The notes: a model not told the origin generated them from the sequence alone. A DNA stretch of 64,000 nt from Minisyncoccota bacterium (GCA_031291955.1 JARLIA010000014.1:666-64665); one strand, 5' to 3'; positions 18,157 through 27,991 are shown, counted from the stretch's first letter. Numbers and translations are program-made.

Positions 18157-18603
18157 TTACAAAAGTTTGATCGCATCAGCCACCGTCATGATACCGACCA
18201 ACTCGCCCGAATTGTCCACCACCGGATAAGAGTTGAAGCTTTTTTCTTTGATTAATTTGATGAAATCGGTCAACTCCATGTCGGGAGAAATGTTCTCGCA
18301 TTTGATGCTCATAATATCTTTCGCGGTCGCGTTAACAACCGCCTCCAGTGCCTCCTTATCATCGTCCTCATAATTCAACTTGCCTTTTTTCATAAAATCG
18401 ATAAGAGAGGGCATATACACCATATTAGCACTGTCCTTGGTAAAAAAATCCGTTTCCGTGATAATGCCGACTACCTTCTTATTTTCATCCAAGACCGGTA
18501 CGGCATGAATCTTGTTTTTGGAAATGATTTCAGCCACTTCAGCCACCGGCATATCTTCTCCTACCGACAGAACATCCGCAGTCATAATTTCTTTTATTTT
18601 CAT
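18157..18603 (-). CDS. CBS-domain pair protein
   Basis: IKEIMT, AVPVLD..VVGIITETD, AKDIMS and YPVVD..LVGIMT. Confidence 0.92.
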   Translation of the reverse strand: MKIKEIMTADVLSVGEDMPVAEVAEIISKNKIHAVPVLDENKKVVGIITETDFFTKDSANMVYMPSLIDFMKKGKLNYEDDDKEALEAVVNATAKDIMSIKCENISPDMELTDFIKLIKEKSFNSYPVVDNSGELVGIMTVADAIKLL

Positions 18604-18797
18604 AATCTAAATTTGTTTACTGTTTACACTCCTAGTTTAACACAGTCGGATTATTTTTCAAGAGCCTGTTTTTTCATACAAAAACAGTCCTGCTTAGACA
18701 GGACCGTTTTTGCTATTAATAATAACCCCGATCAGACTTTGGAAAAAAGGTATGATTTCCCCAGGCTATCTTTTCTTCCTTAGACATCTTCTCTTCC

Positions 18798-19430
18798 TTA
18801 GGATTGATCGAAATCGCGAAGCGTCTTGGCATTGATGGTGTCCGAATTGTGTTTCTGCGAACCCCGGACAGACACATAATCTCCTTTGCCGATGTCGCTG
18901 GCGCGCATACTGTCGCCATTCTTATTGGAAGCATCGACCGAAGAAGTATCCACTGTGTAAGTATGGCCATTGTCAGCTTTTATAGTTATCTGATTGTTAT
19001 CCGTCGATTCGACTTTCCCATAAATGCTCACGTCAGAACCATTATTGTGGTCATTCCAGTTGTGATCCTTTTGATCATTGCGATTGGAATTATCCTTGCC
19101 GTTCCAGTTTTTGTCCTGGTTGCGCTTGTTCTGATTATCGTTGCTATTATTGTTTTGGTTATTCTGCCAATCAGCCGGTTCTTGGCCAGATTTATTGTTA
19201 TTCTGGCTGTTCTGATTCTTATTATTCTGTCCGCCCTGATTCTGGCCGTTTTGCGAACCGGAATTTTGGTTATGATTCTGATTCTGGACAGATTGCGGGT
19301 TAAAAGGCGCTTGATTGCCATCTTGCGGACCACTGGCGCTGGCCAGCCCCGCGCCGGTAAGTGCCAGTGTAGCCGCTAAACTTCCGGCAAGAAAAGCTTT
19401 CGGAGCTATTTTTTTCAACTTGTTTTTCAT
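18798..19430 (-). CDS. Secreted Asn/Gln-rich protein with C-terminal DUF5666-like OB domain
   Basis: Signal peptide, long N/Q/D tract, YGKVES..ITIK..YTVD..GDYVSVRG. Confidence 0.7.
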   Translation of the reverse strand: MKNKLKKIAPKAFLAGSLAATLALTGAGLASASGPQDGNQAPFNPQSVQNQNHNQNSGSQNGQNQGGQNNKNQNSQNNNKSGQEPADWQNNQNNNSNDNQNKRNQDKNWNGKDNSNRNDQKDHNWNDHNNGSDVSIYGKVESTDNNQITIKADNGHTYTVDTSSVDASNKNGDSMRASDIGKGDYVSVRGSQKHNSDTINAKTLRDFDQS

Positions 19431-19579
19431 CGGATTGTCTTAATTGGTTAGGCTGGACATTTACAATGGGATCCCGTTTGCAGCTATTCATACGTCGGTT
19501 AATTTTTTTTATTGCAAGTTAATAAAAATCCCTCGCGGGATATAATAATGTTTTTCTGTTAAAACACTATTCAAAAAAA

Positions 19580-20797
19580 TTATTGCGCCTTATTTTCCAG
19601 TTTTTCATAAAAGCCATCCGGCAAATCACCGTCCAGCTTGAAAAAACTAACACCGCCCAAATGGAAATTTTTCGCGAGAGTGATTTTGTCGCCAATAGCC
19701 TCGGCATCTTCGAAAGTGACCAGATGCTCGCCATCCGCCGTTTGGAAAGTGAACCTCAATTCCCCGCCGTTCGTCCGGCTTGGAGTCGCTTTGGCCGCCT
19801 TAGCTTCGGCCAGAGCCTGTGAATAGTCCAAACTTTTTAGTTCGGCGTAGTGCCAGCCAGCGGACGTTTTTACAATTTTAAATTCCCAACCATAAGTCGG
19901 GATGCCAAGCGTTAGTTTTTGGGGAGAAATATACCGCAGGGAATATTCAACGACGCTTTTTACCCAAGATGCGTCAGCGTTCGGCGCCGCCGGCAAATCT
20001 TCGGCAATTTCAAAAGTCGCTGCCCGTTCGGTTTGGAGCGTCTGGTCGTAGGCCATGATCTGAACGACGTCGCAATATTTGTTCATAGCCGAAAAATCAT
20101 TAGCCCAACTCATAGCCCGTATTCCGGCAAAACCCGGCGGCGGAGCATCCTGAGTCCGGGCTTCCACGGCGCATTCCAACGTTTTTCCCATCGGCGCGAT
20201 TTTTTGATGAAGCACTTCCAGAAACACGCTGAAATTGTCCCGGTCGGCGATATTTTTTCCTTCATAATCGATATCCACGCCGGCAAAATTATTTTTTGTC
20301 AGCATACTCGCGATAGCGTCGATGTTTTTTTCCGCGAGATTGCTATTTACGAATGTCTGATGCATCGCCGCCGCGTCCGTCCAAAGAATAGTTGGAACGA
20401 TTTTTATATTTTTCCGGCGGATTTGGGAAAAAAGTTCCGGCCAGGGCGCGACGTTTATTTGCGCTTTATCGATCAAGCTTCCATCCGAAGCTACGCCGTA
20501 CGCGAAAGGATAAATCTCGCTGAAATGATTCAAATTGTTTTCAACGGAAGAAACGCCGACCGCCTTGGCCCAATACGTCACCCAGCCGGAAACGACAAAA
20601 GGATTGCTATTATTTTCAGAAGAAACGGCTTTGGTTGGCAACTTCTTGTTCCGACTGGCCGGCACCGGCTTATCTTTTGATAAAGTCAGAGTTGATATTT
20701 TTGAATTAAAAAAGAAAAAAGAAACAACCTCGACCATACCGGACGCCAAAATCATAACCAAAACGACAAGAACAAGATATTTATATTTTCTTTTCAT
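19580..20797 (-). CDS. Glycoside hydrolase family 18 protein
   Basis: FAGVDIDYE catalytic motif, IMAYD, LGIPTYG; N-terminal TM. Confidence 0.9.
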   Translation of the reverse strand: MKRKYKYLVLVVLVMILASGMVEVVSFFFFNSKISTLTLSKDKPVPASRNKKLPTKAVSSENNSNPFVVSGWVTYWAKAVGVSSVENNLNHFSEIYPFAYGVASDGSLIDKAQINVAPWPELFSQIRRKNIKIVPTILWTDAAAMHQTFVNSNLAEKNIDAIASMLTKNNFAGVDIDYEGKNIADRDNFSVFLEVLHQKIAPMGKTLECAVEARTQDAPPPGFAGIRAMSWANDFSAMNKYCDVVQIMAYDQTLQTERAATFEIAEDLPAAPNADASWVKSVVEYSLRYISPQKLTLGIPTYGWEFKIVKTSAGWHYAELKSLDYSQALAEAKAAKATPSRTNGGELRFTFQTADGEHLVTFEDAEAIGDKITLAKNFHLGGVSFFKLDGDLPDGFYEKLENKAQ

Positions 20798-20903
20798 ACG
20801 TTTACCGACATTGTCTCATTCGCCAAGTTGTCAGTCAAGGCAAAAAATTCTCTTGGTCAAAGAAGATATAAATGTTATGATATGAGCAAGATTAAAAGAC
20901 TAT

Positions 20904-21200
20904 TTATCTCAAAGAATAACCCCGGATGGCTGCCACCAATTCAAGCAACAAATAGCCGGCGAAAAGATAAATCACCAAAGCCACCAACGTGCTAAACTCG
21001 ACGACGTATCCGCGAGCCAGATGCGGCGCCGGAAAAATATTGGCAAAAGGATTGAGCAGCGGTCGGGTGGTTTCATAGAGCCAACCAACGAATGGCGCCG
21101 CCGGATTGGCATCCAAAAGCCGGAAAATGAAACGCAGACCCAAAAAGATTTCAATAACTCCCATAACCAGACTGATAAGCCCCTCCAAAATTCGAAACAT
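20904..21200 (-). CDS. YggT-family membrane protein
   Basis: LRFIFRLL...LYETTRPLLNPF pattern. Confidence 0.75.
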   Translation of the reverse strand: MFRILEGLISLVMGVIEIFLGLRFIFRLLDANPAAPFVGWLYETTRPLLNPFANIFPAPHLARGYVVEFSTLVALVIYLFAGYLLLELVAAIRGYSLR

Positions 21201-21250
21201 ATTTTTGATTAGTTTATTTATAATAGTATTACGAACTTAACCGATACATT

Positions 21251-21808
21251 ATGACGAACCGCTCTGAAAAAACCATCATCCTATCGTTCATCCTGGCCGT
21301 CCTGGCCTGGAGCGTTTTGCTCTATTTCATAAAACCGGCCGAGATCGTCAACTTCATCGGCATCAGCAACAGCTATCTGGCTATTTTCCTGATTGCTCTT
21401 CTGGGCGGCGCCTCCACCTTCACCACCACAACCACCTACGCGGCCGTCATCACCTTGGCGCTCGGCGGCCTAAACATTTTTAGCTTGAGCCTGGTGGCCG
21501 GCGTCGGGGCGACCCTTGGCGATGGCATCTTTTTCTATTTCGGATTAGTTGGACGTCAATATGTTTATGGCCACCTGGAAGCAATCATAAAAAGAATTGC
21601 TCTTTGGCTCCGCCAGCGTTCCGAATGGTTCTTGCCCTTGGCCGTTTATATTTATTCCGGCTTTGCTCCGACACCCAACGGCATCATGATTTTGACATTA
21701 GCCCTTTCCGGTTACCGGTACAAAAAAATATTCCTGCCCAACCTTCTTGGCAACGTCACTTTCATGCTGCTTCTGAGTCTTTTTGCCAAAGGCGTTATCC
21801 GATTTTAA
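21251..21808 (+). CDS. VTT/DedA-like membrane protein
   Basis: Multi-TM; GATLGDGIFFYFG and APTPN motifs. Confidence 0.65.
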   Translation: MTNRSEKTIILSFILAVLAWSVLLYFIKPAEIVNFIGISNSYLAIFLIALLGGASTFTTTTTYAAVITLALGGLNIFSLSLVAGVGATLGDGIFFYFGLVGRQYVYGHLEAIIKRIALWLRQRSEWFLPLAVYIYSGFAPTPNGIMILTLALSGYRYKKIFLPNLLGNVTFMLLLSLFAKGVIRF

Positions 21809-21843
21809 TTATACCCCATTATTCAACTTTTTGGCTAGGACTA

Positions 21844-21874
21844 AAAAACATCCGAATCAGACCGGATGTTTTTA
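21844..21874. terminator. Bidirectional terminator between aspS and the convergent gene
   Basis: AAAAAACATCCG-loop-CGGATGTTTTT. Confidence 0.7.
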
Positions 21875-21881
21875 TAAGTAA

Positions 21882-23669
21882 TTATTTTTTCAATTTGATA
21901 TGCACTTCGTCAAGTTGCTTGGTCTCGACGGGACTCGGACTGTTCATCATAAGATCTCTACCCTGGCCGTCTTTGGGAAACGCATAGATGTCACGGATAG
22001 AGTCGAGATCTTGAAGAACCATGAATATGCGGTCGATGCCCGGCGCGTTGCCGCCATGGGGCGGGGCACCGAATTGAAAGGCTTGAATCATGGCGCCGAA
22101 GCGCGCGTCCACCTGCTGCCTGGAATAGCCAGCGATCGCAAAAGCTTTATACATTATTTCCGGGTCGTGATTCCGAATAGCGCCACTGGACGCTTCGTAG
22201 CCGTTTATCACCAAGTCATATTGATAAGCCAGGATGTCGAGCGGATTTTTGTTTTCGAGCACTGCTAGCCCCCCTTGAGGCATAGAAAAAGGATTGTGAC
22301 CGAAATCAATGCGATTGTGTTCTATTTCGGAATAATCATACATCGGAAAATCGACGATCCAGCACCAGGCCGCTTTGGTGTTGTCTTTGAGACCCAAACG
22401 CAAAGCGCAATCATTCCGCACCGCTCCGAGCGCGGCGCAGACTGTCCGCCATTTGTCCGCTCCGAAGAAAATGATATCGCCGGCTTTGGCGCCAACTTCT
22501 TCTATGATTTTATTGGATAATTCTTCGCCCAAAAATTTTACGATCGGTGATTGCAGCTCGTTGTTTTCTTTTACGACGATATAGGCCAAGCCCTTAGCAT
22601 CTTTACTTTGAGCTAGTTTAGTCAATTCATCAATCTGGCTTCTTGTCAAAACCGCGCCGCCAGGAACGTTCATGGCGTGCACTGCGCCGTCACGCGCCAC
22701 CGCTTGGGCAAAAACGGCAAAGCCGCAATCGCGAACCATTTCCGTGATCGGTTTGATTTCCAGCTCGAATCGCAAGTCGGGTTTGTCAGAACCATAGCGG
22801 GTCATAGCCTCACGCCACGGCAAGCGGATGAATCTTTTATTCTCATCCAATTTGATTATTTCCTTGGAAGAAAATTTCTCCGTCAGTTCGATCATGAGCG
22901 GTTCCATGATTCCAAAAATATCTTCCTGGGTCACAAAACTCATTTCCATATCCAACTGATAGAATTCGCCGTAATGGCGATCCGCCCTAGGATCTTCGTC
23001 ACGAAAACACGGCGCGATCTGGAAATATTTATCCACTCCACCCACCATCAGCAACTGCTTGAACTGTTGCGGCGCCTGCGGCAGCGCGTAGAATTTTCCC
23101 GGGTAAAGCCGCGAAGGAACCAAAAAATCCCGCGCTCCTTCCGGCGACGAGTTGGCGAGAATCGGCGTCTGCACTTCCACAAATTCCCGCTCGTTAAAAT
23201 AATTTCGGATATGTTGGATATATTTCGCTTTTTTGGAAAGCAACGATTGCAACTCCGGTCGGCGCAAATCAATGAAACGATATTTCAAACGCAAAGTTTC
23301 ATTGGCTTCTTCGGCTTTTTCTTCGTCAATTTCAAAAGGCGGCGTCTTGGATTTGTTCAGCACTTCCAGCGCGTGGACGCCAATTTCAACTTCTCCGGTT
23401 TCCATTTTTTGGTTGACCATATCGTCTGGCCGAGCCAGCACAACGCCCGTAATTTTCAAGACCCACTCGCTTCGGAGCCGATCGGCTTCCTGCCAGGCTT
23501 TTTCGTCAATGGCCGGATCGAACTTTATCTGCGTCAAACCATAGCGGTCACGCAGATCAATAAAAATCACCCCGCCGTGATCCCGGCGGCGGTGCACCCA
23601 GCCAGCCAAAGCCACCGTCTGGCCGACGTTTTTCTTCTTGAGTTCCCCGCAAGTATGCGTCCGCATCAT
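21882..23669 (-). CDS. aspS: Aspartate--tRNA ligase (probably non-discriminating)
   Basis: RTHTCG, RRRDHGG, PEGARDF, FRDED and GAPPHGG motifs. Confidence 0.97.
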   Translation of the reverse strand: MMRTHTCGELKKKNVGQTVALAGWVHRRRDHGGVIFIDLRDRYGLTQIKFDPAIDEKAWQEADRLRSEWVLKITGVVLARPDDMVNQKMETGEVEIGVHALEVLNKSKTPPFEIDEEKAEEANETLRLKYRFIDLRRPELQSLLSKKAKYIQHIRNYFNEREFVEVQTPILANSSPEGARDFLVPSRLYPGKFYALPQAPQQFKQLLMVGGVDKYFQIAPCFRDEDPRADRHYGEFYQLDMEMSFVTQEDIFGIMEPLMIELTEKFSSKEIIKLDENKRFIRLPWREAMTRYGSDKPDLRFELEIKPITEMVRDCGFAVFAQAVARDGAVHAMNVPGGAVLTRSQIDELTKLAQSKDAKGLAYIVVKENNELQSPIVKFLGEELSNKIIEEVGAKAGDIIFFGADKWRTVCAALGAVRNDCALRLGLKDNTKAAWCWIVDFPMYDYSEIEHNRIDFGHNPFSMPQGGLAVLENKNPLDILAYQYDLVINGYEASSGAIRNHDPEIMYKAFAIAGYSRQQVDARFGAMIQAFQFGAPPHGGNAPGIDRIFMVLQDLDSIRDIYAFPKDGQGRDLMMNSPSPVETKQLDEVHIKLKK

Positions 23670-23757
23670 AAAACTTCATTCTTAGCTTTTAGTAAAATTC
23701 GTTCAGTTGCTTTCCTATAATAGCGAACAAAAGCCGGATTTGCAAGGCTGAGTCTTG

Positions 23758-24810
23758 TCACAATTTCTTATACCTCGCTCCCCTCGTCACTCCTATTCTC
23801 TCCACCAATTTCAAAGCAACCAGGCGGGACAAGGACTGTTTTATAGTAGCCATCGCAATTGTGCCTTGGAGAAGTTTGCTAATTTCCGAAACGCTCAACG
23901 TGTCAGCTTGGAATAGCTGATAAATCATTAGTTGCTTTTCTGAAAGCAATTTTTCTGGCTGGTCTTCCTCCATTATTTTTTTGGCTCTTTTGATTTGTTC
24001 CAAAAGGGCATCCAGGAAGAAGTTCAGCCAGGGAGTGATGTCTTCTTTTTTCGTCTTATGCTTGGACTGGGTTTTTCGGAGAGCCAGGTAATAATCGATT
24101 TTTCTTTCCTCGATAATTTCGTCTAGCGAAACGTAAGGAACATAAGTGTAACCAGTTCTTAGAAGCATCAGAACGGTCAAGGCTCTCGACAGCCTGCCGT
24201 TGCCATCCCGAAAAGGATGGACAGCCAGAAACTCGAAGATGAAATTGGCGATAAGGATAAGGCTGTGGATTTCTTTCTTTTCCGCTTGCTCGCCATACCA
24301 ATACAAAACATCGTCCATTTCTTTTTTGACCAGATAGGAAGGAGATGGTTCAAAGATAACGACTTCCGTGCCGTCATCTTTTTTCATAACCACCTTGTTG
24401 TCAGAGGTTTTGTATTTGCCCCTGTGCTCTTTGTCTTTTTCGGAGAAGTTAAGCAGAATTTTATGGAAATGCAAAATCTGCCCCTCGGTAATCTTGAGAG
24501 TTTTCCAATTATCAAAGACTCTGCCCAGTAAATCGGCGTATCCCGCTACTTCTTGAGCGTCTCTGCCTTTGGGCGGCGTTGATTTAAGTCCTGCGATAAG
24601 TCTGGCCACCTCGTCATCGGACATCCTCGAACCCTCAATACGAGTGGAGGCTCCTGTGCTGGTGATAAGGACGCTTCTTTTCAGCCTGCCCAATGTTTGG
24701 GGGCTAAGCCTTAGACTGCCCTTCCAAAGACCCCTGAATTCGTCGATTTGAGCAATCTTCTGCAGTATTTCATCGGTCAGAATAACCCTTTTTTTAAACC
24801 TGTTTTCCAT
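23758..24810 (-). CDS. Fic-family protein with C-terminal winged HTH
   Basis: Canonical HPFRDGNGR; STRIEG inhibitory-type motif; C-terminal wHTH. Confidence 0.93.
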   Translation of the reverse strand: MENRFKKRVILTDEILQKIAQIDEFRGLWKGSLRLSPQTLGRLKRSVLITSTGASTRIEGSRMSDDEVARLIAGLKSTPPKGRDAQEVAGYADLLGRVFDNWKTLKITEGQILHFHKILLNFSEKDKEHRGKYKTSDNKVVMKKDDGTEVVIFEPSPSYLVKKEMDDVLYWYGEQAEKKEIHSLILIANFIFEFLAVHPFRDGNGRLSRALTVLMLLRTGYTYVPYVSLDEIIEERKIDYYLALRKTQSKHKTKKEDITPWLNFFLDALLEQIKRAKKIMEEDQPEKLLSEKQLMIYQLFQADTLSVSEISKLLQGTIAMATIKQSLSRLVALKLVERIGVTRGARYKKL

Positions 24811-24828
24811 ACGTTTATTAGATACAAC

Positions 24829-24915
24829 TTAACTATGTCTAATTATATCTAATTGTATCCAATAGTCAAGGGCTTTGATATATACCTAACTATATATGAT
24901 TATATCTGATTATAT
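24829..24915 (-). promoter_or_regulatory. fic promoter embedded in six 10-bp direct repeats
   Basis: TTGACT-N16-TATAAT on minus strand (24842-24869); CTAATTATAT-like repeats in two triplets. Confidence 0.6.
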
Positions 24916-25106
24916 TCATTCGTGGGAGAAACTGGGAAACTACGAATTCGCTATACCTCTCTTCTTCATCTTAACATTCATACTACCCTCCAATTTCTCA
25001 TTAAAATTCCTGTCGTGGCTAATGGATGTGGCGGAATAGGCAAAGTCCAGATATTTTTTTAGCTCTTCGGATTTAATCATATTTTTTACTTATGTCGAAG
25101 TTGCAG

Positions 25107-25652
25107 TCACTCCATTTGCCTGAATCTTTCCATCAAATCATCGAATAATTTCTCCAGAACAGCATCCCATTGAAAATACTCCCTTTTTTTTGCGATAATT
25201 TTATCAGTATTGAAATTATGATATTTAAATCTTTCCAGCGTAACTTTAGGCATCACCACTTCGTGCAGCAGAGGAGCGATTGAATCAACCGCCTTAGCAA
25301 ATTTAGCATCTGGCGTTTTTGCCTCGTCATACTCCTTGAAACAGTCATATAAATAATCGGGTAAAATTTTTCTGGCCGACTCGTCTTCCAATTTCTCGTG
25401 TGATTCTGGTTTTGAGTATGTCAGAATGTCCCCCACCTTTGTTTCGCCGATATCGTGAACCGACAAAATGGTCAAAGCTCTGCCAAGATTAACTTCGTTT
25501 CTATTTTCAATGAATTGATGAAGATAAGACGCAATTATCGGCAAATGCCCGATGTGTTCAATCAGCGGCTCCCTTATTTCTTCGGAGTCATAATTATAGT
25601 CTTTCAATAACCCTGATTCGACAATGTTTTCCCATCTCTCTTTCGTCACCAT
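25107..25652 (-). CDS. HD-domain protein (YfbR/HDDC2-like)
   Basis: EH, VHDIGETKVGD and AKFAKAVD motifs; the reading frame extends upstream to about 25748 without an ATG. Confidence 0.75.
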   Translation of the reverse strand: MVTKERWENIVESGLLKDYNYDSEEIREPLIEHIGHLPIIASYLHQFIENRNEVNLGRALTILSVHDIGETKVGDILTYSKPESHEKLEDESARKILPDYLYDCFKEYDEAKTPDAKFAKAVDSIAPLLHEVVMPKVTLERFKYHNFNTDKIIAKKREYFQWDAVLEKLFDDLMERFRQME

Positions 25653-25920
25653 GGACCGTCGCGTGCGAGCATAGTCTTCTTGGAGCGTTATGAGACCATC
25701 AAGTATTGTGGGGATGTCTTTTTTTTGTGATTTTTCAGATTCCCTATTTTATTCGTTATTTTTTTACCTCAAATTGTATCACTCAAAACCCACACTCACG
25801 TGAATACCCTGTGAGTCCTACCGGACATCACAGGGCGTCCTGGTTAATTTACAATTCGAATAGCCTCAGCTGTTTTAAACTATAAACCAACCCGCCGAAA
25901 AAATCCATTTGCGGCTGACA

Positions 25921-26886
25921 TCATTTCAAAATCCAATTGAACAAATACCCGGTAAACAAAATCCCGATCCCTACCACTGCGGCGAAAATCAGAATCAGTC
26001 TCGTCTTCATCACTTTTTTCAAAATCATAAACTCTGGGAGCGATAGCGCAGTCACGGCCATCATAAATGCCAGGGCGGTTCCCATAGCTACGCCCTTTTC
26101 CGTGAGGGCCCCCACCAGCGGGATGACGCCGGCCGCGTTGGAATAGAGCGGGATGCCAATCAAAACTGCCAGCGGCACAGCATACCACTTGTCCGCCGAA
26201 GCGTAGTGTGCCAAAAAATCGGTAGGCACGTAGCCATGGATCCAAGCGCCCAGTCCCACCCCGATAACAACATAGAGCCAGACTTTTTTCACGATATCCA
26301 GCGTATAATTTTTGGCGTAATCCGTTCTTTGCTTCCAGCTCATTTCCGGCAGCTCGATATTTTCTCCGGCGCCATTGAGAGCGAATTCTTCCACTAAATT
26401 TCGCACATCCATTTTTTCAATAACCATACCAGAGAATATCGCAATCATTAGTCCGCTAATAATATAAATCAGGGCGATCTTCCAGCCGAACATTCCAAAC
26501 AAAAGAACCAGCGCCACTTCGTTGATCATCGGCGAGGCGACCAGAAAAGAAAAGGTAGTGCCCAGCGGCACTCCAGCTTGCACAAAACCTAAAAATAATG
26601 GCACAGCCGAACAGGAACAAAATGGCGTAATTATTCCCAGGAGCGACGCCAGGATGTTGCCGACATATTTTTTCTCGTGCGACAAAATATTCCTGATTTT
26701 TTCCGGCGGCAGGTAGGAGCGAATGAGCGACACCGCAAAAATAATCACGAACAGAAGTATGAGGATTTTAATCGTGTCAAAGATAAAAAAATTTACCGCG
26801 CTGGCCAGCAAAGTTTTTGGTATGATATTGAAAACCGAATAAGTCAGCCAGTCGGCAAATATTTGGATGGGATAAAAAATATTCAT
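25921..26886 (-). CDS. ArsP/DUF318-family permease
   Basis: TPFCSCSAVP, FLVASPMIN, IGIPLYSN and ALSLPE motifs. Confidence 0.92.
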   Translation of the reverse strand: MNIFYPIQIFADWLTYSVFNIIPKTLLASAVNFFIFDTIKILILLFVIIFAVSLIRSYLPPEKIRNILSHEKKYVGNILASLLGIITPFCSCSAVPLFLGFVQAGVPLGTTFSFLVASPMINEVALVLLFGMFGWKIALIYIISGLMIAIFSGMVIEKMDVRNLVEEFALNGAGENIELPEMSWKQRTDYAKNYTLDIVKKVWLYVVIGVGLGAWIHGYVPTDFLAHYASADKWYAVPLAVLIGIPLYSNAAGVIPLVGALTEKGVAMGTALAFMMAVTALSLPEFMILKKVMKTRLILIFAAVVGIGILFTGYLFNWILK

Positions 26887-26889
26887 CGA

Positions 26890-27123
26890 TTATTTACTCA
26901 ATAATTCTTTGATCTCTTTGACATCCGCCACCCGGCCAGAAATTTTGACTGCGCCATCCACCACCAAGGCTGGCATGCTCATCACGCCATAGCTCATGAT
27001 ATCAGCAATCTCAGTCACTTTTTCTATTTTCCCCTCCAGTTTCAGCTCCTCTAATACTTTCTTCGTGTTGGCCTCCAGCCGCTGGCAATTGGGGCAGCCG
27101 GTGCCCAAAATTTTGATCTGCAT
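26890..27123 (-). CDS. Small thioredoxin/glutaredoxin-like protein (MTH895-type)
   Basis: ILGTGCPNC and YGVMSMPALVVDG motifs. Confidence 0.92.
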   Translation of the reverse strand: MQIKILGTGCPNCQRLEANTKKVLEELKLEGKIEKVTEIADIMSYGVMSMPALVVDGAVKISGRVADVKEIKELLSK

Positions 27124-27169
27124 ATTTTTTTTCACCGCGCATTTTGCGTTTCACGCTCCACGCTTCGCG

Positions 27170-27484
27170 TTATTTAATTATTTGATTAAAAATTTTCTTG
27201 TACTCGCGGATCAATTTCCTGTTGAGGTTGTAACGAATGAAATTGCCATCTCTTTTTTCTTCCAGAAGACCGATTTTTTTGAGCTGGTTCAGATGATGGG
27301 AAGCCAACTTCTGGGAAATACCGGCAGCGGGAAAGATTTCGCAAACGCATTTCGGCCCCTCTTTCAGAATACAAAGGATTTTCAAGCGATTCTTGTCGGC
27401 AATTGTTTTGAGAAAAGCGTACGTCCTCCCAACATCTTTTTGCTTCGAACTGTTTTTGGCGCAACATTGGAATTCAATTTTCAT
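27170..27484 (-). CDS. arsR: ArsR/SmtB metalloregulator
   Basis: ADKNRLKIL, CVCE and SHHLNQLKKIGL; heads the thioredoxin-permease operon. Confidence 0.9.
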   Translation of the reverse strand: MKIEFQCCAKNSSKQKDVGRTYAFLKTIADKNRLKILCILKEGPKCVCEIFPAAGISQKLASHHLNQLKKIGLLEEKRDGNFIRYNLNRKLIREYKKIFNQIIK

Positions 27485-27589
27485 AATAAAAAACTATACT
27501 AATTTATATTAGTATAGTATACCCAAAGAAAAATCCTGTCAACGCCTAAAAAATCCAGCCAAAAACATGCCCAATCAACTTCAGCCTAT

Positions 27590-27991
27590 TTAGTTCCGTT
27601 TTCCAAAAGTCCATCTGGCCAGACCCAGGATTGCCATAATGAGAAGCGCCCAGACCAAAATAATCGTAATTCCGATAATCAAGGAACTGTTTGGCGAAAA
27701 AAATCCTCCGCCGCGCATTTGTTGGCCGCGCATCGGCAAGTAAGTTTGATAACCTTGGTTCGGCGCCATTGGATAACTCTGGCTTTGATAATTCTGACCG
27801 CCCGAATAGCCCTGTCCTTGATAGTTTGGCATTTGGTAACCCGGAGTATAACCCTGATTTCCGGAATAGTCATAACCCGGTCCCATCATCTGCGCCAAGC
27901 TGTTGGATTTTTTGACCTGAGCCATATTCGCCGGCATTTGGAGAACCCCGAAATTTATCGGTAACGCCGCCAAAACATTGGAGCCATTCAT
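27590..27991 (-). CDS. Small membrane protein with G/Y/Q-rich low-complexity region
   Basis: QMMGPGY, repeated QGY/NYQ units, one C-terminal TM. Confidence 0.65.
   Translation of the reverse strand: MNGSNVLAALPINFGVLQMPANMAQVKKSNSLAQMMGPGYDYSGNQGYTPGYQMPNYQGQGYSGGQNYQSQSYPMAPNQGYQTYLPMRGQQMRGGGFFSPNSSLIIGITIILVWALLIMAILGLARWTFGKRN

Noticed and set aside
27135-27170. Short 7-8-nt tandem units between genes (also 55722-55756)
   Set aside because: Too short and degenerate to call as elements from one window
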